Position numbers and translations under genes: made by a program
Shown: positions 48,014 to 60,415 of the stretch, in pieces
Position numbering within the stretch: position 1 is the first letter of the stretch
How the letters are laid out: the number at the start of each line of letters is the position of its first letter
The notes under the pieces: generated by a model
The model's input: the letters and a program-made list of their open reading frames with translations, nothing else
What the model was told of the DNA's origin: nothing
Database searches by the model: none
Assembly: GCA_002269645.1 (NCBI GenBank)
Contig: NIVC01004021.1
Coordinates: 119-64,118 of the forward strand
Source of the DNA: Macrostomum lignano
Lineage: Eukaryota
Reading direction: 5' to 3'
DNA: 64,000 nt

Positions 48014-51000
48014 ATGAACCCAGCTGGCGTTCAAATCTCTGCGGAATGCCTGCCAGAGTACACCGTTGAACGAATCAATCCTGACGGCTCCGAGGTGCAC
48101 GAGAAGCCGCCAACCGCTTCCGAGGCGTTCTGCCAGCTGGTTAGCAAGATCAAGTTCCAACAATGGGACGAGGATCTTGAAGAGTTTGTTAGCGAAGTGG
48201 AGCCGACTATTGGCTCAGCCGATGAGCAGCTCGATGACTCAAATTTATCGACTGGGGGAGGGCAGCAGCAGGCTGCAAGCTTGGGACCAGCTAATGCAGA
48301 GTCTGCGTCCTACTGGCAGAATGTAAGATTTACTAATTAGAGCTTTGAGTCCGAGTGTTGCAGAGGATTTGGTTCGGCTAGTAGTCTCTAGATATGAGAT
48401 TTGGTTCCGCTAGTAGCCTCTAGATATGAGATTTGGTTCCGCTAGTAGCCTCTAGATATGAGATTTGGTTCAGCTAGTAAGCTCTAGATTTGGTTCCGCT
48501 ATTAAGCTCTAGATATGAGATTTGGTTCAGCTAGTAAGCTCTAGATTTGGTTCCGCTATTAAGCTCTAGATATGAGATTTGGTTCAGCTAGTAAGCTCTA
48601 GATATGAGATTTGGTTCAGCTAGTAAGCTCTAGATTTGGTTCCGCTATTAAGCTCTAGATATGAGATTTGGTTCAGCTAGTAAGCTCTAGATATGAGATT
48701 TGGTTCAGCTAGTAAGCTCTAGATTTGGTTCCGCTATTAAGCTCTAGATATGAGATTTGGTTCAGCTAGTAAGCTCTAGATATGAGATTTGGTTCAGCTA
48801 GTAAGCTCTAGATTTGGTTCCGCTATTAAGCTCTAGATATGAGATTTGTTTCAGCTAGTAAGCTCTAGATATGAGATTTGGTTCCGCTAGTAAGCTCTAG
48901 ATGAGATTTGATTCCGCTAGTAGCCTCTAGATATAAGATTTGGTTCCGCTAGTAAGCTCTAGATGAGATTTGATTCCGCTAGTAGCCTCTAGATATAAGA
49001 TTTGGTTCCGCTAGTAGCCTCTAGATATGAGATTTGGTTCCGCTTTGCTAGTAGCCCAGAAACTAAATAGTTCGTCACACAATTAGCTTAGATCAGATTT
49101 ATGAGGCTTACAAAAATTTCCAAATTCTACCTCCAGATTCGCTTGTCGATAGCGGCGGCTCTTGACGAGACCACTGCGCTGATGGACCTGTTGATTGCGC
49201 TGCGTCAACGGCCGCAGGCGCTTACCTTAGAGCCGATGCAGCGCGACGTTGAGAAGTACGAACAACGAATCCAGCTAGTTGTTCAAGGCAAGAAAAAGTG
49301 CGTACAAGCGGCCGCCGAGGTTCTAGAAAAAGGCCGGGGCAGCAATCAAATGCTGCAGCAGGAGGTTATTGGCAACTTCGAGTTGCAACAGATCGCTCAG
49401 TGCTGGAAGCTGCGCCGCGTCGCCAACACCATTAGCGGCGACCTATCGCTGCGCTCGGCCGGCAGCCGCTATCCGGACAGTGGCGGATTCGAGCTGCGGA
49501 CCGCCAAAGATAGCAGCTTCGAAGTGCTATTGCCGGGGCACCTGTATGGTCAGGCTTGTGTGCAGGTGAGATTTTGCTTTGTACCTGCCTGCGAAGGTCA
49601 TAGATAATCCTCTTCTAGCTCATCGCGACTCATTTATTGAATAATGGAAGGACATGGTCCTACTGTACACTCCGATCGCCCAGTAGTGTGTGCTAGACTA
49701 TGGTTGCCCACCAAGGCGCCAGGAAATCTATGCAATCCAATTATCTGCACCCGCAGGTGACACTGCGAACGTCGTCTGGCGAGTCGCTATTTCCGCAGCC
49801 GGCTGCAACCGAGCTGCCGCGAGTCAGCCTGTGCAATAGTCAGCGCCTCTTGCTAGCCCAAGAGCTGTACAACACCATCTGCTGCGAGTGCGTCCAGGCT
49901 GGTATTCGCGCCGGACCAGACGCTGTGGAGCTGCCGTTGGCGCCTGGACTGTGCGCCAATGTCAGTCTGTACAAAGTTGTTGGACCCGAGATACAGCAGC
50001 AGGAGCAGTCCGCCGGGATGGTAAGATTGCTGCGTCTATAAGACCTTCCTCAGGCTGTGCATCCGCTTTCCCAGATCCCCAGGCTGTGCATCCGCTTTCC
50101 CAGATCCCCAGGCTGTGCATCCGCTTTCCCAGATCCCCAGGCTGTGCATCCGCTTTCCCAGATCCCCAGGCTGTGCATCCGCTTTCCCAGATCCCCAGGC
50201 TGTGCATCCGCTTTCCCAGATCCCCAGGCTGTGCATCCGCTTTCCCAGATCCCCAGGCTGTGCATCCGCTTTCCCAGATCCCCAGGCTGTGCATCCGCTT
50301 TCCCAGATCCCCAGGCTGTGCATCCGCTTTCCCAGATCCCAGGCTGTGCATCCGCTTTCCCAGATCCCCAGGCTGTGCATCCGCTTTCCCAGATCCCCAG
50401 GCTGTGCATCCGCTTTCCCAGATCCCAGGCTGTGCATCCGCTTTCTTTTCTCAGATCCTTAGGCTGTATATCCGCTTTCCCAGATCTTTTATCTGGACTG
50501 CCTTCCCAGATCCTTTGATTTTGGGCAGCGATCTTTCTCTTTCCAAATTTACAGATAAGGCCACCCACCAACTATCTCAATCGTACTCACTGTGTATTCA
50601 TAGCTGTTGCTTGTTCTACTCACCGACCAGAGCTCGAAGCCTTCATCCCAGCAGCAGCAGCAGCAAGCACAACGCTTGCCCCGGCCAAACTATCTAAGCA
50701 ACGCGCTCGAATGCCTGCTACTAAAGCGGCACCAACAGGCCCGTCCGGAGCCCGGCCCGTTCCCCAGCTGCGCTCCGGCCGGACTGTCCGAGCGGCGCCG
50801 CGAGGCCGGCCCGTTCTCCCGGCCGGTGCCGGAGCCAGAGACCGGCCTGCTTGACCGGCTGGCCGCCATCTGCCGGCACTCGGCGCTCTATCGCGAAGTT
50901 GCCAACCTGCTGGAGGCCTGGCCGTTGGCGGAGCCTCGCCTAGTCTGGCACTGGCAGACCGGGTCGTCAACATCCGCCCACGTAGCTGTAGAATTTGTTC

Positions 51001-51946
51001 GTCGAAGCTACGATCTGTTGCGCAGCCGGGCGCTTATTAGCATCGGCGATAGGAAGGTTTGTCTGCGTTATTGATTAATTCATTGCCTATTCGCAGCTTA
51101 CTACTGAAAGTAGCGAGTAGGGCTTGTTGGCAATTGTCAAATTCACATTTCCAATTAAATTTCACAACCCACAATTACACCCGGCCTCACAATCCCTAAG
51201 TTTCGCATCTCCAAAATCCCAGATTTAGTAGCCCCCAATTGGGCCGTTTTATCTTTGTGCATGTGCGTGTATTCAGAACTGTGCAAATAGTTGCACGATC
51301 GATAATTTTAGGCCTCTCCTTGCGCGTCTCCTAATTATAGCCTGACTCTCGCCCCCGTCAACCATCTTCCGACTTTTTACGAGCGTAAACGTCACTGTCC
51401 GTCTGTTGCTAAATTTAGCTTCTGCTAAGTGACAGTTCTGTCTTCATTATTTGTCCGACTAGCTTGTCCGACTAGCAATTGGACAACTGGCTACCTTAGT
51501 TATGAGGTCAGGAATTAACGATGGTTCAAAATGGCTATACAAAATCAGGCTGGACACCCCCCTCCTCGCCGCAGGCTGTTCTGCTCACCACCTGCGGTCA
51601 GCGAGTCGCTGCCCGCTTAGGCGACGTTAAACGGCTCCTGCAGCCCTGCCTGCTGCGCGAGGCCGATCGGCACCTCCTGCTGTGCGTGCACTCCGCCTCC
51701 ACCAGTCTCGGCTGGCACCTGCTGGCGAACAGCTCCGATCCGGCCGCTAGCCTGCTCCGCTCCCCTGACGGCCAGTGCTCTCTGCTAGTGCAGCTGGATT
51801 CTAATAGGAAATTTGTTGTCTCAGTTAATCGAGGCGGCAACGGCGACAAGTGGCGCCGGGTTCAATTGGACCGGCTGGCTGGCGCTAATGCTTTGGAGAA
51901 ACTGGACCATGTCCTGGCCGCCCTGACTCCACTGTCCAATGCCTGA
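48014..51946 (+). CDS. MED17: Mediator complex subunit 17, 5 exons, about 599 aa
   Basis: Exons 48014-48322, 49137-49565, 49757-50020, 50631-51056, 51575-51946, all phase 0 GT-AG. Matches recalled MED17 motifs: ERINPDGSE..FCQLVSKIKF (cf. EVGLDGTE..LAQRIDF), KKKCVQAAAEVLEKG (cf. KKKSLAGAAQILLKG), QCWKLRRVANTISGDLSLRSAGSRYP (cf. [26 protein letters not shown]). Confidence 0.9.
48370..49050. repeat. Intronic 32/25-bp minisatellite (GAGATTTGGTTCAGCTAGTAAGCTCTAGATAT)n
   Basis: Tandem copies in MED17 intron 1. Confidence 0.95.
50050..50470. repeat. Intronic 29-bp minisatellite (CAGGCTGTGCATCCGCTTTCCCAGATCCC)n
   Basis: Tandem copies in MED17 intron 3. Confidence 0.95.
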
Positions 51947-53419
51947 GTGCAAGCAGTTTAAGTCCAACAGAGACAAACTTAAATTGCTCGCGTGCATTTC
52001 TCAATTTACATTTGCTGGTCCTATCAAGCCGTAGAAATCAGGGTTATATCGTCTAAAAACAATCAAATGTGCTATGTTCAAATAATTTGGTCCATTTGTC
52101 AACTCGAATATTTTCGAGTGTTCATTAGCACAAATTCGACTCAAAAACATTTCCCGTCAAAATGCCAAGCTATGATTAGGTGTACGAGCTAGAATAGACT
52201 AGCAATCTTCACTCCCCGTTGGGGAGGCTACAGAAAAAGGAATAAAAAGTTCTGAATAAACTACATGTGCATAGCATAGCTATTGACCTTGTACTGCCAC
52301 TATTGCCAGTTTTCTTGTAGAAATCGATGTTTAAAACAAAAAAGCATCAGAGCCTCGACTTAAGCCATGGCTAAACCCTAACTCTTACTATCCCTTTGAT
52401 GTCTGGCCTACCAACCACTCTCAATTGATCCTTTGCATCTTAGCAAGCCCCATAAGCCACAGCATTTCAAGCTACTCTCCCCATGAGTCTTGACATCTCA
52501 GAAACTCCCTTTATGAGCCTTGACATCTCGATCTCAGAAACTCCCTTTATGAGCCTTGACATCCATGAATAATGCTAGTGCATATTCATCGTGTACCGGA
52601 TGCCCTCTGCACATTGTGTGAAAAATTGCACATCGGGTGTATATATATAAACGTTTTTGTACTGCCTTGCTAGTTGCATAAATTTCAGTCACTTTATTCA
52701 CGCTCGTATGGCTTTCTTATTTATTTCATATGGAGCTTCCTATTCAAATTAGTAGTTCAGCTGTATGTAACTAATGAGTATCACTAGCCTAGTAGGTTAG
52801 CTCATTCACCACCAGCGCTGCAAGTTAAGCAGAACTGGCCGCGGTTAGTACAAAACTCGCCCTGCTGAGAGTAAGATCTGAGCTGTGATATATATAGTAG
52901 TGATATATATAGATATATATAGAAATAGTTTTATTTTCTATAACAAATGAAGCTTGATCATTGCAGCTTCCTTATACCAAAAAATATTTGATTCAATTCG
53001 CGAGCTTTCATCGAGGAAAAAAAGACATAATATCCCAATCGAGAGTTTTATGCCAAAGCAGTTCGGACAGCAAACTAAATTTGCTTCTCATTGTTGCACC
53101 AAAGAAAAACAATGACGTCACCTTTGCCAGTCCGATTCACTCTGGAATTATCCACACTGAGCGCCTTGGTGGCACTGCCTATCGGTAGCGTGCTTAAAAG
53201 TACATGCGATTCCTCCGACCCGGACAGTCCCGACTCGCCGGACGCGGACTGTCGGCCCGGATACCAGGTGACAGCTAGGAGAAGCAGCCGTCTGGCATTG
53301 ACTTTGAACTATTGCCCGTGCCGACTGCGTGCACTGCCTCCAGCTCGGTGCAGCATCAGTTTGGGCTTCATCATCATCATCGAGCTGAGCCGTTGCGGCC
53401 AGCATCTGTAAATTCGCAG

Positions 53420-56400
53420 ATGCAGCAGTGCCAACGGCAATCTACCGGTCCGTTTGTTATTAAAATGATGCCCTACAACAGAGCGATGCCGCGTGTATTT
53501 ACTGCCGGTGAGTCTTTTGAGCTTAAAATGTGTTTATATCTTTAAAATAGCTGTAAAAGCTGGAAGATTTCGGTGGTGCTTAAACTTATTTTCCAGTACA
53601 ACTTGTTAGTCATTTAAAGGCCTGGGGGCGCACTGGGGTCACCATCACAAGACCCGAAAAATCACAACTCCTAAAACCCATATTAGCGTTGGGCGTTGCT
53701 AGGCTACCACTTTCGGAGTTATGATTGTAGGATGATGGAAAGCGCTTTTCAGAGTTGTGATTTTTCGGGTTTGTGATGTCTGCTGACCCCACGCCCTGGC
53801 ACACTTTAAGCGACATTGTCACAAACCGGCGAGAGGCATTACAGCTCATTCCGCCGACTCCTCTGAGCAGAGACATAAGCGCGGCGCGCGGATGCATACA
53901 ACAATCTTACGCGCAGGCACACACTCACCATACATGCCCAACTTCGAAATTTCATCCGGCCGTGCGACTCACTTTTTGACCAAAAATGCGACTTACCTAT
54001 GAAACCCTAAAGCAATAATTAACGTAAATTTGGGTAAACAGCAGGAGTAACTATAACTATTATTCAGGTTAATTCCTCATCATCTAATTAGTACTACGTC
54101 TGAATTTTTTATGTTGGCGTTTTTGCGACTTACCTTGGCCAGACCTCACCACCCGGTCGAATCGGCCAGGTGTTGGGCATGTATGACACTCACACAGCTA
54201 GGAGTGTTTAGCGGTCTTAAAAACTTTATCTATTCATCTTTTTTAGGCTAAGGCACGCGCATTTACTATGCTTTGTGGGTTTGGCCTCAAGGGCGTTAAT
54301 TACACAAGCAGAGCCAAGCCGAGATTCCAATGTAGCCCGAAATTCATGCGACTGCAATTGAGCACATACACCAGGCTACGGCTCTCCATTTAAAGGCCAA
54401 TTATTAGTGAAACAAAATAAATGTACACAGGTTACAAATCAGACTTATTTGAACAGAAAAATACAAGCACACACTTCAGCTCTTCAGCGTACACTGTTAG
54501 AAATTGTGTGCCTAGAGGGGTGGGGCGGGGCGCTTCTCGCTCTCCAACCCGCCCCAATTTCGTCCAATCGCAGTCATGGGGAGTGATCGGCCATAGATAA
54601 GAACTAATTAAAAATATCAACTAGAATGGTTATAGTGGGTGGGGGGACGGAATGCATACAATAAATCCAGGCTCTTCTAATCTAAGCCTTGTTATTATCT
54701 AGCGTGTACGTAAATTTATTTTTGAAATAATTATATTTAGCCACGCCTTGCGATCGATTTTTACTAACCAAATTGCGGCCCGTTGCAATCAGTGGTTTGG
54801 TTGTTGTATTTCTGTCTTCATTTATTCGCACATCTCAAAAGCATGTCAATGTACAAGGCGCAGCGTCTGTTAGCTGAAACCATGCGCAATCGAAGGAAGC
54901 AGCAACGCGAACAACAAGAACAACAGCAACAACCGGACGACTTCGTCGCGTCGAACATTCGCAGCTTTGCTGATAAAAGCTATCAGAATTTCCGCCAGCA
55001 ACGTCGCATTAGTCAGTCGGTCAATCAAAAAGATTCTCAGCAGCAAATCAACGGGAAACGTCGACAGCAGCCTGTTAGAGAGCCGCTAAGGCAGTGCTCC
55101 AACAATAGCCAGCAACAGTCGCTGCGCCGCTCTGTTTGTCAGAAAGCTACAGGTAATAAGAATGACAACACATGCAAGTCCGATGTTAAAGTCGCTGAGG
55201 CCGACTCCACATCTACGGTGGAGGTTGCACCAGCTGAGCCAAGCAGGCTGCCCTGCTTGGATCGATCAGCGACTCTGCCAGCTGACGTGCCAGACGCTGA
55301 TCAACGAGGCCACTGCACCATGGTAACTGCCTACGCTAAGGACATCTTTGTGTACCTGGCTGAACGGGAATTAGCTTACACCTTGCCGAATAATCTACTG
55401 TCTGGACACGCCGAGATTACTGAACGATCTCGCGCTGTCCTAGTCGATTGGCTGCTTCAATTGAGTGGCAGATTTGAGCTTCAATCGGACACTTTCCACC
55501 TGTCCGTACGCCTGCTAGACCACTACCTGGCTGTTGATTCGTGTTTAGCCAAGCACCAGTTGCAGTCGCTGGGCGCTGCTGCGCTCTGGCTGGCCTCCAA
55601 GCTCGAAGAGGTCTACTGCATCAGCCTTGGCGACTTGCTGCACGTCTGCGCCGGCGCCTGTGGCCGGCGCGATCTTCTGACTATGGAGACTCGCCTGGTT
55701 GGCGCGCTTGATTTTCACCTGCTTCCTCCGCTGCCAATTACCTTTCTGCGCCGACTGTCCAAGGTAGCAGGCGTCGATAATCGGCTGCACTTTATTGCTA
55801 AATACCTGCTGGAGCTGGCCACGCTCAGCACCGAGCTGTGCTGCCTGCCGGCCAGTCGGCTGGCCGCCGGCGCTCTAAGAGTTTCGCTTGGCTCAGAATT
55901 GCGAGATTGGTCCAAACAGCTGGCCTTCTACTCTGGCTACTCAGCTGAGTCACTGCGCTTAGTCTGCGCCAGCCTGGCTCGCGCCGTGCTCAGAGCCGCG
56001 GCTGGTGGCGCCGAGTCGCGGCACCAGCATCCCCATCAGGATCATCATCATCAGCACCGATTCGTGTACCAAAAGTATCGCAGCGCCAATTATCTGTCGG
56101 TGGCTGCCTGTTCTCAGTTCCAGCCGGACTCGAGCTATTTGGCTGGCCTGATTGCCGACTGCGATGCCGGCTGACCGAAATCAGGCTATTATTGTATTTA
56201 TCACAGTCATTTTTAGTAGCAATATATAATCCATAATAAGAGACAGCGGTTATCCTATACAGGCCATATTATATAGACTCAAAAATCTGCCTAGAAAAGA
56301 CTGAGACAATTTCTACTATTTGGTCGCCGATCCTAAGATATTTGTATTGTATAGAAGGAAATTTTTACTTTCTTTTGGTATATTCCAAGTTCGCAGCTCT

Positions 56401-58019
56401 CCATTTATTTACTTCGTTTTATTTATTGTAGCTTAATTTTCCTAGTTTGATTCTGCTCAAATTATTATACAGGTGCGAAAATGGAACGAGTGTTTTAATG
56501 ATATTTCAAGTGTGCATGCAGTTATTGATTGTTTAATGCCATGTCTAAGGCGCCGCAGGTAGATGCACAGGTTGTGATGCAATCTTTGCGCTAATAAGCA
56601 TACTAATGATCTACATGTAAGCCTTTAAATTTGATCCATTGTCTGAATATTGTCCCCACTGTACCCAGAATTCCTAGTAACTTATTTTTGGTCATTTTAT
56701 AAAATATAATTTTTACTCCCTCGTGCTAACTGGTGTCGCCTTCATTTGTATCGCTGCTATGGAAACTATTAATCATGTTTTATTTCATGTTATTTAATGC
56801 CTACACCTAAAGTGCCACACAAACTTTACCAGGAGCTTTAGGTTAGGTTTAGGGTTAGGGTGGCAGTTCAATCTGTAGCATTCAATTGCCGTAGGCCCAA
56901 CATGACCGATAAAGAACTTTCCCTAGACTTTCAGTAGACAATTGTATAATATGAAGTTCTCACGAATCTTACCTACCTGCGTTTTTACATACGTATGTTT
57001 AGTAAGACAAATATGAGCCGTTTAAGAGCTGAGCATCTGTTGAATTTCACTTACTAGTGGTACATCACGAAAACACCGGGACGTCTTTTTAGGCGTTTGC
57101 GAAATTTCGGTCTGTGGACTGTGAAACCTAAAAGTAGAAAAAATGATTTCGTAACTTAAAAATAGCTGGTCATTTTCAATCTGACTACTAACCAGCAGAG
57201 GCTCTTGGAAATGCCGGACAAGCTCCCCGGGTTTGTTCTAATTTTGTTTGCACAGTCGCGGCCAATGATGTAGATATACTTTTTGTACAGACTATAAAAC
57301 AGTTGCTTAAAATTCTTTTCTCGCTACTTTTCAGTAGGCGATCTGTGTTATGATTAAACTATCTGATATTTGATTTTCCATTCAATACAGCCCCGACGCC
57401 GCCAGTTAGTGAATCGGCGTCCCTGCCGCCGCCGCCGACGCCGACGCCCCCAGCAGCTACAGAATCGTCGCTTAGCCAGCTAACCGTCGATGGCGCCGAC
57501 CAGCTGTCCGGTGAGCTCTCCTCCGACCTCATGTCGCTGCTGCCAGCCGACCTGTTCCAGCTGCCCCCGGCTTCCGACAGTGTTGACTGCGCTGCCGACC
57601 TGGCTGACATCGCCTCGCTGCTCGGCCCGCTGGACTCCTCCTCATCCCCGCCGCCGCTGCACCAGCCGCACGCGCCGTCGTCGTCTTCTTCCTCGTCGCC
57701 GCCGCCGCCACCGCCGCTGCAACTGTTTGATAATTGTCGCGGCGACTCCTCAGCCGTTGCCATGGTTCCCAGCAGGGCTAGTGTTCCTCAACTGACCAGG
57801 CACCAGCAACAGCGGAAGCAGAATCTCAAGCAATTGAAACAGCAGCAGCAGCAACTTCGGCAGCAGCCAGCAGCCAGTCGTAGGGCGCTGCGCGTCTCCG
57901 TGACTCGGCGCGGCGACGGCGCCAGTCGCAACCTCAGTGTCAGCGTTGGCGCCAGCGGCGGCTCTCCAATGTCGGCAGCCTTCGTCTCGACTGTCAGCGG
58001 CCGCCTCCGGTCGCACTGA
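53420..58019 (+). CDS. Uncharacterised Pro/Ser/Gln-rich protein, at least two exons
   Basis: Exon about 53420-53507 (MQQCQRQSTGPFVIKMMPYNRAMPRVFTA, donor CCG|GTGAGT, phase 1) joins in frame to 57391-58019 (acceptor ttcaatacag; APTPPVSESASLPPPP..SGRLRSH*). GC-rich coding-like composition; no family recognised; the 5' end is uncertain. Confidence 0.5.
53628..53798. mobile_element. Small palindromic MITE-like element (about 40-bp inverted arms)
   Basis: GGGGTCACCATCACAAGACCCGAAAAATCACAACTC versus GAGTTGTGATTTTTCGGGTTTGTGATGTCTGCTGACCCC; TSD not resolved. Confidence 0.6.
53929..54185. mobile_element. hAT-family MITE, 257 bp, 14-bp TIR, 8-bp TSD
   Basis: TIR CATACATGCCCAAC / GTTGGGCATGTATG; ACACTCAC duplicated at 53921-53928 and 54186-54193; subterminal GCGACT repeats. 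Confidence 0.85.
54843..56174 (+). CDS. CCNB: Divergent B-type (mitotic) cyclin, intronless CDS
   Basis: D-box REPLRQCSN (RxxLxxxxN), YAKDIFVYLAERE, cyclin box RAVLVDWL..FELQSDTFHLSVRLLDHYL..LQSLGAAALWLASKLEEVY, PLPITFLRRLSK, AKYLLEL, PASRLAAGAL, YQKY. First ATG at 54843; the ORF is open from 54783. Confidence 0.88.
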   Translation: MSMYKAQRLLAETMRNRRKQQREQQEQQQQPDDFVASNIRSFADKSYQNFRQQRRISQSVNQKDSQQQINGKRRQQPVREPLRQCSNNSQQQSLRRSVCQKATGNKNDNTCKSDVKVAEADSTSTVEVAPAEPSRLPCLDRSATLPADVPDADQRGHCTMVTAYAKDIFVYLAERELAYTLPNNLLSGHAEITERSRAVLVDWLLQLSGRFELQSDTFHLSVRLLDHYLAVDSCLAKHQLQSLGAAALWLASKLEEVYCISLGDLLHVCAGACGRRDLLTMETRLVGALDFHLLPPLPITFLRRLSKVAGVDNRLHFIAKYLLELATLSTELCCLPASRLAAGALRVSLGSELRDWSKQLAFYSGYSAESLRLVCASLARAVLRAAAGGAESRHQHPHQDHHHQHRFVYQKYRSANYLSVAACSQFQPDSSYLAGLIADCDAG

Positions 58020-58189
58020 TTTCGCTTCCAGTGTCTGCCACGGTTGGTTCATGGCCCAAATATTGGGGAGAAAATTGCGATAAAATTGAATGCCCACCGT
58101 AGCTTTTTTATTTGTACTTTTCTAGCACTTGCTTTTTGTATCCGAATACAGAGGGGGTAAAAATCATATTCAAGACTGACAGCCCATGT

Positions 58190-58214
58190 TAACGTTTGTG
58201 TCTGTCTGTCTTAG

Positions 58215-58295
<81 letters not shown>

Positions 58296-58410
58296 TTGTG
58301 TTTGTCTGTCTGTCTGCCTGTCTGTCTGTCTGTCATTCTCTGTGTGTCTGTCTGTCTTAGTGTCTGTCTGTCTATCATTCTCTGTGTGTCTTAGTGTCTG
58401 TCTGTCTTTG

Positions 58411-58465
<55 letters not shown>

Positions 58466-58640
58466 GTCTTTGTGTCTGTCTGTCTGTCATTCTCTGTGTG
58501 TCTGTCTGTCTTAGTGTCTTAGTGTCTGTCACTCTCTGTGTGTCTTAGTGTCTTAGTGTCTTAGTGTCTGTCATTCTGTGTGTCTTAGTGTCTGTCTGTC
58601 TGTCATTCTCTGTGTGTCTTAGTGTCTGTCTGTCTGTTTA
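58190..58640. repeat. (CTGT)n-based microsatellite
   Basis: Long TCTG runs with interruptions. Confidence 0.95.
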
Positions 58641-60104
58641 AGTCAGACAATTTTTTTAATTCATTCTCAAAGTCAGCCTGGCCAAGCCAATTTCTAATAA
58701 TCTAATAATCTAATAATCTATTAACGAGTCGTTTGAGTTTATGCTCGTTAGTAGAAATCCTTGTTACTGTCGCTACAGTTAATGGTTAATATTAGTAGAG
58801 CAGCAATCAGCTGCTTGTAGCGCTGTGTTTTCCAATAGATCCTAATAATATTAATATTGGTACTAAGGTTGGTACTTTAACATGACTTAGGTGTGTTGAT
58901 TTATTGTAAATTTTCTCATTTTTCTCCTCCCAATGTCAGGCAGGTCCTTGTGCCAACTGTTCCGTCTGCGTGAACCTGAGCACAATATGTTTGTGTTGGC
59001 CCAGCTAATCCTAAAGCTATTCACTGTTTGTTTAAAACAGTCTGACTATAGAGCCTCTTATATTTAGTTTACACTGTTTTTGCATATTTTGAGAATTGGC
59101 GTGAGTCGTGATTGGCGGGCATTTTTGCTGGACTTTAGATACTAGCTAAGGTCTCTCGTTAGGTAATTTTTTCTGGTTTCCTCGGTTGTGCCGCTCTGTC
59201 CCTATCATCTAAGCTATAGTTTAGATTTTTATTTTAAAAAGGTTTTTTTTCTAGTTGACTTTCTCTATTCGTTATTGCGCTAATTAACCGATGTGCACTT
59301 CAACTGTTACCCCGTCAGCCCCGTGATTTTTTGCCTTGTTTTTGTGTTACTGTTTTGCTTGTTTTGTCAATCTGGCTCAGATCTGTTCATTCGCTTCACT
59401 TTGCTGTTCTGTTTTTGCTCAAAACTCCGCCCTGCTCCCCCAGTCTGATTCCCCGTCACTCCGCCTTGTTCCCCAGTCTGATTCCCATCTGAGTCTGCTG
59501 TTCTGTGCCACGTGTCTTAGCTACAGATTTGGTCTTTTGGCACTGCGCTCAAGTATTTGTGTGCTTGACTTTGCTATGCCGTTTTCCATAAACCAGACGC
59601 TCACTCTAAGTAGCGTAAAGCAAATATTTTCTCTATTCTTTTGGCACGTTCGAAGTTCTATTTTCCAGGTGATGTTTGCTGTTCATATATTTGAATTGTT
59701 TTGTTTAAGAAAGCAAATAGCAAAAAGTCGGAAAAAATTCTTACCGAATGTTTGTACTTTAAATATTATTTTCATGTTCCCATTTGGCTGAATGCATCGT
59801 TGTTATTCAAGATGATCAAAAATAGCATTTATTATGATTTTTTAGCTTGCTGTTCTTTATAACTGTTTGTAATTTATCATATCTTTACCGTGTTACTTTC
59901 AACTTCACTACGGTTTTCAGGGTCTATTATCGCTGTTAATATTTTCCATTGTATTACGAGCTCTATAAAAGGAATGTTAAATTTTCATTAGTTTTTTATA
60001 TCGGCGATTCTTGTATCTTGTATCCCTGTACAATTAAAGCCGACCCCTATCTCTATTATAATTTCTAGGTAAGTTCCCAACTAGTCATTCCTTTTCCCGA
60101 TCGA

Positions 60105-60415
60105 AGTACACATGCCCTTGACAGCCCACCACCCCAATGTACACACACCCTTGGCAGCCCACCACCCCAATGTACACGCCCTTGGCAACCCACCACCCCA
60201 ATGTACACACCCTTGGCAGCCCACCACCCCAATGTACACACCCTTGGCAGCCCACAACTCCAATGTACACACCCAAGGCAGCCCACCATCCCAATGTACA
60301 CACGCCCTTGGCAGCCCACCACCCCAATGTACACACGCCCTTGGCAGCCCACCACCCCAATGTACACACGCCCTTGGCAGCCCACCACTTCAATGTACAC
60401 ACCCCCTGACAGCCC
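60105..60415. repeat. 31-33-bp minisatellite (CCCTTGGCAGCCCACCACCCCAATGTACACA)n
   Basis: About 10 tandem copies. Confidence 0.9.

Noticed and set aside
28264-56174. beta-TrCP, MED17 and cyclin B as a functional cell-cycle cluster
   Set aside because: Neighbourhood in an animal genome is not evidence of co-function without conserved synteny or co-transcription.
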